A stretch of 62,721 bases of DNA, filler included, from Atractiella rhizophila (taxonomy: Eukaryota), in NCBI GenBank assembly GCA_021432655.1. It is 3 parts of 3 records of this genome, joined end to end, with 100 filler letters (N's around TTAATTAATTAA, not from the genome) between each part and the next. Parts side by side here need not be neighbours in the genome. Positions count along the whole stretch, not along the records: positions 28,643 to 57,090 come from MU271733.1; 2 more parts are not named here. One strand, given 5' to 3'. Under the pieces are notes generated by a model. It was not told the DNA's origin. It saw only the letters and a program-made list of their open reading frames with translations, and ran no database searches. Positions 39,501-51,330 of this stretch are shown piece after piece. The position numbers and the translations under genes are program-made. Numbering within the stretch: position 1 is the stretch's first letter; every line of letters starts with the position of its first letter.

Positions 39501-40310
39501 CCCGTTAAGATTCCTGTCGGAGGTTATAAAACATTCATATTCCAGCGCGAACTCCGTTTTGTCATCCATTGTGTTGGAGTGCCATCTTTCGTGGGATTGT
39601 CATCTTCTTATCCAGGTGTGCATTGCTCTCGCGTTGCTACTAGACGGATTCAGAAACTGACGAAGTCTAATGAGTGGTCAGGGACACATTGCTGAAGGTA
39701 AAGGGAAGACAGAGAAACGAAGAGGGAAGAGGGAGCAATTTGCTGGATGTCATTTGTGAGTAATTCAGACTCCAATATCTTGCAAACACACTTCTCTCAA
39801 ACCCAAACTGAGACTGATGTTTCCTCTTCATGGCCTTCTTCTACTCCGCCAAATGGCACGAAGCTCTCAACTCCATCATCTCTCCTCTCGTCATCTGCTT
39901 AGCCTTCTATGCATGAGGGAATCACCGCGGCATTCATCATCATGTTCCCTTCCTCCTCCAGCAATTTGTGGGCTAAGTCAACTGGTCATTGCAGTGTGGG
40001 GAAGGGAGAGGAGTATCAAACCGAGGTGTTCACGACTGGAGGTACGGAAATCTTTGCTGCCAGCCAGGTTCAACGTCCGTTCCCCACATCCACCGCTTAA
40101 ATCACTTCATTCATTCTCAGAGTCACCTTCTGCGGACGCCATCTTGAAAACCTGTCGTCGTCCTCCTAAAGTCCAAGTTTTCCGTTTGAATAACAACGCC
40201 GTTCCATCACCAACAACAAACGATCCATCTGTCTCCCCATTCTCCTTCATTCTCCCAAGAATTTGTTCATCTAGGTAGTCTCGCTGCTCGGGGGATCTTT
40301 GTCGTCAAAT
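36600..40310. repeat. Inter-F-box spacer with decayed minus-strand gene(s); homologous to ~44650-47480 and ~51350-55220
   Basis: Collinear similarity, e.g. 38400-38800 vs 53250-53650; 39700-40300 vs 34230-34840 and 54600-55220. Confidence 0.85.
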
Positions 40311-40311
40311 C

Positions 40312-42088
40312 ATGGTCTCAGTTGTCAGGCATGTCAGGGAAGAAAGGAAGTTGAGAAGGAAGATGACATGGCTGTGGAGGATGGCAAAGGCTTATGAGGC
40401 GATTGAGGCAAGAACTATTCTCTACCTTCAGCTTTCTTCTTCTCTTCTAATGTGGGTTACGGGGGTAGTCTGCCGTGTCCTCTCAAAAGATGAAGGCTCT
40501 GGTCCATGTCCATGTCATCACTCCAAGTCGTTCGCCCAAGTCGATTCACCTCTCCATTCTTCCCTCTTTCCTATCTCGCCTGCCGCTGTCAGCTCACACG
40601 CTCCGGATTTCGTTACGTTCATTTGACCAGGATTGGAGATCGCGAGTGATGCCCACAAAATTGTCTCATTTATCACTTGAACGGTTCGAGAATGTGGTCG
40701 ACAAGGATGGTGCAATCAATCTTCATGTTATTATACACAACGGAAATGTCTTTTTGAACATTGAAAGGCAGCGGTCTGCTGTCAAGAGAGCTATCATTAG
40801 AGCTTTGGATGATTCACGTGGCGACCAGTATTGTTATTCTTGCACGTTTCCTCGTGTTCGCGAGAATGCTATATTCGCCCACATAGCCTCATATTCCGAA
40901 AACAAAGAGCGCTTTGTCCCCGTCAGTGGCGACGATTCGTCATCCTTCCCACCCCTCGACACAGCCAGTATCATCCAGCTCTCTTTTCCACCTCCACATG
41001 TTACTTCATGCTCAATCTCATCCTTGCCTGTGGAGCTCCTCTCTCTCATATTCAGTTTCTTCGACGATGTTTCCGCCGTTTCTGATGTATGCAAGCTCTG
41101 GAAGACCATTGCAGTTCCCTACTGGCGTGAACCTGGTTCTGTGGAGGAAAAGTATGAGTTGTTGAAACGCTATCCTGGTGCTGGCCGACTGTGGAACAAC
41201 CTGTGGTTTAATGAAGGTATGGATGTTGGGATAGCGAAAGAGCTCATCGTGGGCTCGCCGAATGTCATGACAGTGCGGATGGACGCATTTTGGGATGAAG
41301 AGGAGGTGAAGATTGTGTTGAATGCAATCGAAGGCTTGAAACGGGTGGATCGCGTCAGGTTTGGAGGTTGGGGTTCGAGAAAGTGGAGCAAGGTGGAGAT
41401 TGAGGACTTTATGCGGAGGATGGGTGACAGGATCAGACGGCTCACTGTTTACGACGTGGAGGACTCCCCTGCTTCAGCCTCAGCAGGCCTTCACTTATCT
41501 TCTCACCTCGAATACCTGGACCTTTACAAGTACCTGCCTCTCCCATCGCTCTCCGAGTCCCTCCCACGCACCCTCAAGTACCTCAAACTCTCCAATATGT
41601 GTCCACTCCCTTCCTCCATCTTCAACTACCCTCTGCCGCCTCTTCTAGAAGAGCTCAGAGTCCTGCTCGCTCCCTTCTCCGCTGATGGAAAGACCTCCAT
41701 CCTACCTACTCCGCTCGACTTATCGCACCTCACACACCTCACTCACCTGAGGCTCGACGGGGGTGAAGAAACGTCAAACCTCGTTTCTCGCCACTTCTTC
41801 AGCACACTCAAAAACGCAACTGTGATACGTACTATACGCCTAGAGTACTGTATGGTGGACTCATCCGACTGCCCAGACTTCATCCGCTGGTTCTTTGGGG
41901 ATTGGCGGAGGAGGGGAGCTGAGAAGGGGGATCGGGTTGATGGAAGGGTGATAGGGTGGCATCTTGAGGTGCATTTATTCTTTGGAGAGTGGAGCGAGGA
42001 GGACATCACTTCTGCAAGGACGATGATGGAAAAGTCTACAAGGAGCAAGAGGTCAGGCTTTTGGGTGCTTCAGGAGGGGGAGGAATGA
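40312..42088 (+). CDS. F-box/LRR protein (apparently intact)
   Basis: 537-aa open exon with F-box SLPVELLSLIFSF..VCKLWK; putative exon 1 40312-40407. Confidence 0.9.
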
Positions 42089-42476
42089 TGTGGAAGGCAC
42101 AGTCTGATTCAGGCTCGTTACTGGATCAGACTCCGGACTCTCACATCGCTCTGAGCAGCCCATGATTGATGGCGGTGGCCGTGAACATGAAAGAGTTCGC
42201 GAGTGGGACTTGTACACTCGTTTTTGCTAGCCAAGTAAATGCTTAGATTACGAGTTGGGAGGATACCACTAGGGCATCCCGACGTTCAAATGATTGTTAA
42301 CTAACTCGTTGAAAAATTGTACATCAAAGGTCTTTCGCTGAGAGGATCCTTTGAACTGTGAATAATATGATCTACAGGAGCAAGCAAAGAAGAGGCCTCT
42401 CATAAGTCCAGTCAAGTCCAAAGCTGGCCATTTAGCTCCGCCATCAGCGCATTGGAGATGAACTCATTCACGCTTA

Positions 42477-42680
42477 GAGCCCGTTTGGCTGCCAATTCAG
42501 CCTGAATTCGAATTTTGTGAATTGCCTGAATTGGGAATCCAATTCAAGCAGCTTCCTGAATTGAGAATTTGAATTCAAGCTGTTGCCAAACGCAATTCTG
42601 ATTTGGAAAATTTGCTTGCATTCGCTTGGCCGTGAGCATGCCGCAACTGAGTCCTCACCCGCATTTTTTTGGTGTTTCAA
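42477..42680 (-). mobile_element. PIF/Harbinger MITE end (same family as 14310-14810)
   Basis: TTA|GAGCCCGTTTGGC terminus; inverted match to ~14600-14810. Confidence 0.75.
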
Positions 42681-43667
42681 TATATTCCATGTGTGGGGAG
42701 GGAGATAAATGATATTGACAATGTCGTGAAGGTTTTGTCAGACATAGCGAATAATGAGTGCCGATGCATGGGAACCATAACCGTCAAGGATGAGAAGACA
42801 AGGACGATTTGGATCAGGTCGACTTTTGACAAAAGGGACATAAACCAGTGTGAACCATAGATAGCCTAGCACCACATCCATCCATCCATTCTCTGATATG
42901 CTGACACTAGAGTGAAGCTCTGAGCATACATAAAAGCACTTAAGCTGAAGACCAAAAAGGTGTACAAAATGCCATTCTTTTGTGCTTCTGTCAAACCCTC
43001 TAGCCAGTTCTTCATAAAACGCTTGCCGGAGAAGATAAAAAGCGAAGGCAGAGAATTCCCATTTGCAGTGACACATTCAATAAGTGTAACCAGCTTGAAC
43101 GAAGTCAGACAAGCTCGATATAGCGATTCCCTCTCACCGATAACACGCCGTTTCCCCAACTTTCGACCTCCTCCCAGTTACAATCCCTTCTCGTCCATAT
43201 TTCTAACAGCACACCATCTTATGCTTGTGCATTGTCTCCTCAATCAAATGAAAATAAGAATTCTGAACTTCTTCCATTTCATGAAACTGGGATACCACTT
43301 CTTCCCTGGTACTCTTCCAATAATCTTCTTGACCACTAAGTTCAAGCCGCTCCGGTGAACAGGTAGGCCAGAATCACCAACCCATCGAAGGCACCTGACA
43401 AGGGCATCTTCTTTTGGTGCGACTTAAGCCTCCTTGACACCACTGCCTTAGTGTACCATAATTCATGTAAACAATCCCTCCCTTGCCATTTGGATAGGAG
43501 TACCAGCATGATAGCTCTCTGAAGGAGATGATACACTTCGGGTTATTCGTCCTCTTAGCCTCCTCTCTCCTTTCGAAATAAATTTGTATGGCCTCAACAA
43601 AATCCTTTTCTTTCTGGGCAGCTACCTCCGGAGTGTCTGTCAGACCTTTCATCTTCCAACGAGGCAT
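42681..43667 (-). pseudogene. Tc1/mariner pogo/Fot1-like transposase remnant
   Basis: NMDEKG, TLIECVTANG..P..IFSGK, SENGWMD, LLILDGYGSH, LPPHT; frameshifted and truncated. Confidence 0.88.
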
Positions 43668-43745
43668 TTGGAGGATGGTGGAAAGTGTGAGGGAAAGACG
43701 GAAGGTTGCGTTGCGTGAAAGAAGACAATCAAAGACATTCAAACA

Positions 43746-43768
43746 GTTGTTGTTGTTGTTGTTGTTGT
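43746..43768. repeat. (GTT)n microsatellite
   Basis: About 7 GTT units. Confidence 0.9.
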
Positions 43769-43942
43769 GATCATATTTCAGAGCTGTCAGACTATAGTCA
43801 ACGTAGCTCTACATTCTGGTGTTCCGCTTGCACGTGACCCAAAAGCGTGTCATGCTGCGCACTTTGACTCTAATTTGCGCACTTCGCCTCTTCAAGTTGA
43901 ATTGCCTTCAACAGGCTGTCTTTCAGCAACTTGCAGTCAGAT

Positions 43943-44378
43943 CGAGGGAGGGTAGAGAATTGCGTCCCTCGCTCCGGATGATCCCTCGCGCCCCCAAGGT
44001 GGAACCTGAAGGCCCCTCGCACACGTGAGCGGAATACGAATGCCTGAAAAATATTTAAAATGCGTAATAATGAGCCTTTGAAGGCTTCATAGGCATAATA
44101 CTGGCAAAGATAAATTAAGGAAAGCAAGGATGGGGTGGGGAAAAGGTCTTCGTTGAGTTTTTGATGATATAAAGGGTCAAGAACTTGTTTCAGGTGCTTT
44201 TGAGGTTAAACAAAGCCTCTGAAGTGATGTCAATTGCAGAAAATGGTGTCTTGCTCGTGCTAGAAGTTGGCGAAAATAGTTACACGACGCGCCAGTGAAA
44301 CCTGGGGGGCCTGCAGGTTCCACCTTGGGGAGTCCAACGATCATCCGGAGCGGCAAAAGTTTTCTTGACCCTCCCTCG
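43943..44378. repeat. Inverted repeat with ~74-bp arms (MITE-like)
   Basis: Arms 43943-44016 and 44306-44378. Confidence 0.75.
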
Positions 44379-46372
44379 TTCATTGCACTCCTACAAAAAA
44401 TTCTAACCACCCCTTCTAAGGGCCACATCCAGCTTTCCCTTCGCCGCAGGCGAGGCAATTCGACTGCATTCTTATTGACAGCATCAAAGCCATCCTCCCC
44501 CGTCTTCTTCCAGCTTTCGACAACCTCTCCGCTGCCTCCTTACCGCCTCTGGCCTCTAGCCACAGGTGGGGATCACGCAGTGCGCTGTGTTCTCGCTGAC
44601 TCGCTTGAGGGAAAGGTGAGGCGTGTAGAGCAGAATGGCGACTGAAGACGCCCTAAGAGTCGGTACTGCGCTGGAGTCAGGCGTACAATGCGGGGAAGGA
44701 GCTCGAAGGAGAAGGAGAAGTCGGGACGAGAAGCCGGAGGAAGATCGAGGAGGAGGGGGTGAATGGGGAGATGAATGGAGCGGCTAACTCGAATGCGCCG
44801 CGGCGCAGAGGATCAACTACGTCATTCAACTTGCAGGCCATGATCGAGGACCGCGAAACGGTGGAATCCGCCAAGGCGGCAGTCCTGACCGCAACCTGTT
44901 CCACTGCAGCCATTCCTGTCATCCCCTCCCACGTCCATGGCTCCTCTTCATCCCTCCGACCTCCGGCCCAGGATCCCAACGCATTCCCCCCCGCGCAAGT
45001 GCAAACCACTCTCCTACTCCTCACCAAGCCCCCATCTCTCTCCATACTGCACTCAAATTTCACCTCCACCATCCAGCTTCTCCGTCATGTCCCCTGTCGC
45101 CATCTCCTTCACTTTCGCTTTCTTTGACGTACCACCACCAGACATACGGCAAAGGTCTTTACGGCCCCTTCGGAATATCGACTCGCGTCGCACAAGAGCA
45201 AATGCCGCATCATCCACGTCGTTTCTCTCTTTCCTCCTTCGCTTTATTCAACATTCATTTGGTAGAGCGGCTAAAGCTCGTCAAGGGATGCCGCAGAGGG
45301 AGGATAAGGAAGGGCGAGGAGGGAGATGGGTTGGTTGGTCGAAGTCGGCCTCGTGACAAGAGCTAGAGGATCGGTTTCAAGCTAGGTGCACATCCCGAGG
45401 AGGAGAAGGTGAGGACCGGAGCGAGAGCAGTGGTGGAGAGGAGTGGAAACATCCCACCACGTACCCTCTCTCTGCTCGTTCGCCGGCAGGCATCACATAA
45501 CAGTTCAACGGGTTCTCTGGAGGACATTGGCATGGAAGACCTCCCGCTGCTCAACCATCCTGTCCGCCCCAAATCCCGTCCCTCCCTATCTGCTAGCTCC
45601 CCTTTCTGCTTCGACAAAGTAGCGAGGAATGCGTCGAGCGTCCGTCTTTCCTCTTCGACAATCATCTCTCCGGCTGCCCTCGCGTGCTGGCAGGAGCAAC
45701 GTGGGATATTCGGTGAGGGGCACGCTTCCTCACTTCCTCATGTCTTTGTTCGGTGCGAGTGGTCACTGGCAAGATTCCGGATGCAGCAGGGAGAGAAGAA
45801 TGGATGGAATGTGGGAGTACACGTGGAGACGGAGGACTGATGTCGGAGAAGGGGAAGTAGGGGAGGATGAAGAAGGGTTGAAGAATGGTCCCGAGGAGGG
45901 AAGGAGTCTAGATGATAGGTGGTGTGGGAGAGACTCGGTGCAGCATCGTGCTGAACGAGGGCTCCTAGCGAGGGTGATGTGATGTGATAATGATTGAGCG
46001 GCGGTCTGTGAAGGATGAGGAAATGGAAGCGGATGGTTATGCTAATTGACCATGTGGTACGTCCTCCTTACTTTCACACTCTGTTGTCTTCACCAGCAGA
46101 TGGAGGATGTTGACATTGTCTGTGTTTCCCAAAGGGGGATGGCTCTCACCTTGTCAGCAGTGCTGGCTGGCTACGGAGTATTCACATCTGTGGTAAGGCG
46201 ACAGGATCAAATACGAAACCATGGTTTGTACGCCCTCCTTTCCGATAGCAAGGGAGATTGATGACCGCGGCTGGACTCCGGCGCTAGACAAACTGACCGT
46301 CCGTATTGTGACATACTGGTAGCTATACCTGCGACCCCCTCCACTCATCCCATCCGACATACGCAACAGGTC

Positions 46373-47450
46373 CAAGCTGAAGAAGCAGACGTATCAGCAG
46401 CCGCGCGCACCTATGCCGATCCCTCCAAACCCGTCCGATGCTCCCAGATGCAACAAGCTTGCTGCTCTACGCAGGCGGAATCCCTTCGGCTTGGGGAAGG
46501 ACATTTGGGTAGCCCGGCGCCACTCAGCCCAACCTTCTCACGCCAGTTCCTCCTTACTAACCGTCTGTAGCTGCTAGAGCCGAGTTAGATGTGTCCGAAG
46601 ACCCATGAGAAAGGAAAGCCCGACCTATGGCTCAAGGCAATAGTAATGCTTCAGTAACGCTCCACGGTCTTCTTGCTCGCTGCCTTAAGAGATGGAAGAG
46701 GGAAGAGGGAAGACGAAGGAGAATTTCCGACTCAGTTCGTGGTGCAGAGGTGAATGAATGAGGATGAGGGGCGCAGGGAGGAAGACGAAAGTATGGAAGA
46801 TGTAGAGCCGTAGCGATACGTAGCTGGGGGCGAGGCTCAGGAGGAGAAAGGGGAAAGTGAAGAAGGATCAATTCACTGGATGTCATTCGTACGCTACTCG
46901 CGCTCTGATAAAAAACAAGCTGAAGAAGCAGACGTATCAGCAGCCGCGCGCACCTATGCCGATCCCTCCAAACCCGTCCGATGCTCCCAGATGCAACAAG
47001 CTTGCTGCTCCACGCAGGCGGAATCCCTTCGGCTTGGGGAAGGACATTTTTGGGTAGCCCGGCGCCACTCAGCACTACCAACCTTCTCACGCCAGTTCCT
47101 CCTTACTACCCGTCTGTAGCTGCTACAGCCGAGTTAGATGTGTCCGAAGACCCATGAGAAAGGAAGCCCGACCTATGGCTCAAGGCAATAGTAATGCTTC
47201 AGTGATGCTTCACGGTCTTCTTGCTCGCTGCCTAAGAGATGGAAGAGGGAAGAGGAACGAGAATTTCCGACGCGGTTCGTGGTGCAGAGGTGAATGAAGG
47301 AGGATGAGGGGTGCAAGGAGGAAGACGAAAGTATGGAAGATGTAGAGCCGTAGCGATACGTAGCTGGGGGCGAAGCGCAGGAGGAGAAAGGGGAAAGTGA
47401 AGAAGGATCAATTCACTGGATGTCATTCGTATGCTACTCGCGCTCTGATA
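46373..47450. repeat. Tandem duplication of ~540 bp
   Basis: 46373-46910 vs 46916-47450, near identical. Confidence 0.95.
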
Positions 47451-48910
47451 TCTTGCGTGCACACTTCTCTCAAAGCCGAAGCTTGAGCTAGCGCGCTCTC
47501 CTCACTTCAAGGGTCACATCCACCCCAGAACGACTACGAGTCTCCCAACTCCCTCATCTGTCCTTTTGTCATCTGCGAGTACACCACCCATCCACAAGGG
47601 AACGACGGCAGGGGACAATTTATTCTACTGGTCTTTACAGCGCGGGAAAGGAAGGAAGGGGTATCGAGCCGTGAATTATGGCTGTGGGTATGGAAGCCTG
47701 CCTTTCCAAAGAACATGCATTATTTTGATTCCAACTTGTGTAGCAGCAGCATCATTCGTCCGATCCCACGTACTCCGCTTGCAAGCGAGCGGGTTGGGGA
47801 GCACCAAAAAATTAGGCTGACGGCTGTGAGCTGGAAGAGAGGGAGCAAGAGCGCGAGCGCCATTCTGCGCGTTCACGTTTGGTTTAATACGAGGATACAT
47901 TGAACAGAAAGGTGAGGAAAGACAGACCTGGAGACCGGGAGCGTTTCTCTTCCTGTCTCTGTCTCTAGAAGGGGAGCGGGGCATCTTCCTCCTCTTCTCT
48001 ATCCGCTTCTCCCTGGAACGAGAACGAGAGCGTCTCCTTCCCTCTCGCTCTCTGTGACTGTGACGTTCACGCGACGCTAATACGCATGAACTACCGTCCT
48101 CAATCTGTATGGAATCTCCAGGTCCATTCTGTCCTTCTCACACTCTCCTCCTTCCCCTCCCCTCACTCTCACGGTGATCCTTTTTCCGCTCTCCCCAGTC
48201 TCCATCTCTGTCTCTGCCCGATAAAATGTCCCAGGACCGGGATCTCTTCCCATTTTGCTCAGGTCAAAACTGGCCAAGTTGTTTGTAGACGGAGTTGCGG
48301 ACGCTATGATGTGTTTTGTTTGTTTGTTGGCTTTTTGATGGCAAAACGTCAATCAACAAGCAATTTAACTGTGTAGTAGGCCTGATCAGGACCACATTTC
48401 ATCGGAACATTCATCCGAACACTCGTACATCGATGTATGAACCCTACCTTCCTTTGTCAGCAACGGTACCTACTCTCTCCGTGGCGGAACGACAACATCT
48501 TCAATCAGTATTTCTCTTCCTCCTCAGAACATTCGTGAACTAGCTCGACTTGCTATGGTCGTGTGTGGGAAGTAAGGAGCATTGAAATACAGGATCATGG
48601 TACGGCCTTGCACGCTTTCTTGCTTCCACTAAACAACCTAACCAAATCCAGGCCCCTGAATCGCTGCGTTCATTAATCACAGAAGGTCAATTCTGGGTGC
48701 CCAACATGAACCACACGGTGGTCCTCCGAGTTCTCCACATCATGAATAAAGGCAGGCGACATCCTTCAATCCCCAGCCACGAAACATTACATCGACCGTG
48801 CCTTCCGCCTGGATTCTCCAGCTAACAGGGCATCTTGGTAGTCTCACAGCTCACAATTTGGACCTCGGTTCATCTTCTTCAACCTTTGTCAGAGTTTAGA
48901 TCTTGCCAAG

Positions 48911-51330
48911 ATGAGAAGGGTCAGGAGGAGGTTGGATGCTGCTGATGAGGCGACTCAGGCATGATTTCATCTTCACCGCAGGTTTTCTTTCTTCTCAGCT
49001 AACTCGGGTTATCCCTCTAGCCTGATGTCTTTTCTCAAAACGTGATGGAGCATCAATCTTCTAGCCCACACAAGGACTCTCAAGGACCAAACTCGAGGGC
49101 AGTTATCAATGTCATTGGCGCAAGCAATAAGCCCGATTTGATCCACCTCTCCATTCTTCCGTCTTTCCTATCTCGCCTCCCGCCGTCAATCCACACCCTT
49201 CGGATCTCGTTTGACTTGTCTCGATCAATACGGAGGTTGGACCTTGCACGGATGATCTCAAAATTGTCTTATTTATCACTTGAATGGGTCAAGAATGATG
49301 TCGACAAGGATGGTGCAATCAATCTTCACATTACCATCACCAGCAAAAATGTCTCAGTAACCTTTGGGCGTGTGCGTCGACTTTCAAAAGAGCTGTCAAA
49401 TCAAATGTCTCCCCGCTTGCTTCATATGGCCATCGATTTACTCGCACAATTCCTTTCTTTCGCGAGAATGCCATCATCATCCCCTTAGCTTCATACTCAC
49501 ATCTTGAAAGATTCTTCATCCCCATCGGTGACGACGAATCATCGTCCCTCTGGTCCCTCGGCACAGCTAGCATCATCCAACTCTCTGTCCCACCTCCAGA
49601 TGTTATTCCATGCCCCATCTCACGCTTGCCTGTGGAGCTCCTCTTTGTCATATTCAGTTTCATCAACGACAACGACAGTTCCATTCTTGAAGTTGTGGGT
49701 GACGTGTGCCAGCGGAAGCTGCTTCAGCTCAGTTTCAGGAACTAAACTCGAGGGGACTCGTCCATGTCATCACCCCAGAGGACTATCCGAATTGGATCCA
49801 CCTCTCCATTCTTCCCTCTTTCCTCTCTTTCCTGTCTCGCCTACCTCCATCAATTCACACACGCCAGATTTCGTTTGCCTCATCTCGATCATTGCAGAGG
49901 AGCAATCTTGTAGAGATGACATCAAAATTGTCTTATTTATCACTTGAACGGGTCAAGAATGCAGTCGACAAGGATGGTGTAATCAATCTTCACATTACCA
50001 CCAACCTTGAAAATGTCACAATAACCGTTTTAGAGGTTGAAGGGCACGCGTCGACTGTCGAAAAAGATGCCAAATCAGAGGGTGACCTGCTTTCTTCGTC
50101 TGGCGATCCATATACTCGCACATTTCCTCTCCTGCGCGAGACTGCCACATTCGCTCCCATAGCTGCATACTCCAAACATGAAGGATGCTTCCTCCCCATC
50201 GGTGAGGACAAATCGTCATCCCTCCCATCCCTCAGCAAAGCTAGTATCATCCAACTCTCTGTCCCACCTCCAGATGTTATTCCGCGCTCCATCTCGCGCT
50301 TGCCTGTTGAGCTCCTCTCTGTCATATTCAGTTTCGTCGACAACAGGTCCATTTTTGAAGTTGTCCCTGACGTGTGCAAGCTTTGGGAGGCGGTTTCGGC
50401 TGCATATTGGCGTGAACCTGGTCAGATGGCAGAAAAGTATGAGCGGTTGAAACTCTATCCTCGTGCTGGACGACTGTGGGTCAGCCTGATGTGGAAAGAA
50501 AGCATAGATGTTGGGATTATAAAGGAGGTCATCGCGGGGTCACCCAACATCACGAAAGTGTGGATGGGTGCATTTTGGAACACAGAGGAGGCTAAGATTG
50601 TGTTGAATGCAATCGTAGACTTGAAACGGGTAGATGACGTCACATTTGGAGAAGGCTCGAGAAATTGGAGGAGGGAGGAAATTGAGAACTTTATGCGGAG
50701 GATGGGTGACAGGATCAGAGAGTTCAGAGTTTGGGACGTGGAAGACTCTCCCGCTTCAGCCTCAGAAGGTCTTCACTTATCCTCTCACCTCGAAGAGCTA
50801 TGGCTTCTCAGGTACCCGCCTCTCCCATCGCTCTCCCTCCCACACACCCTCCGGCGCCTCGATCTCGCCGATATGTGTCCACTCCCTTCCTCCATCTCAG
50901 AGTCCCCTCTGCCGCCTCTTCTGGAATGGCTCTCGATCGAGCTCGCCCCCTTCTCCGCTGAAGGGAAGACCTCCATCCTGCCAACTCCGGTCCACTTATC
51001 GCACCTCAGGCACCTCACTCGCCTGATCCTCACAACTTCTTCAGCACACTCAAAAATGCAACTGGGATTTTTGAGATAACCCTCAAGTACTGTGTGGTGT
51101 ACTCGTTCGACTTCCCCCAATTCATCCGCTGGTTCTTTGGGGATTGGCGGGTGAGGGGGATCGAGAAGGGGAATCGGGTTGATGGAGAGGGGATGGGGAA
51201 ACATCTTGAGGTCCGTTTATTCTTTGGAGAGTGGAGTGAGGAGGAGATCGTGATCGCGCGGAGGACGATGGGAGAGTACGCGACAAGGGAAACGAGCAGG
51301 TGGTCAGGTGTTTGGGAGGCGGGGGAATGA
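48911..51330 (+). pseudogene. F-box/LRR copy with duplicated N-terminal domain and frameshifts
   Basis: N-domain plus partial F-box at 49021-49710 repeated at ~49735-50380; deletion and frameshift near 51030. Confidence 0.85.

Noticed and set aside
43995..44016. Similarity to the 18S rRNA 3' end (GGTGAACCTGC)
   Set aside because: Short, gapped, with no flanking rRNA sequence.
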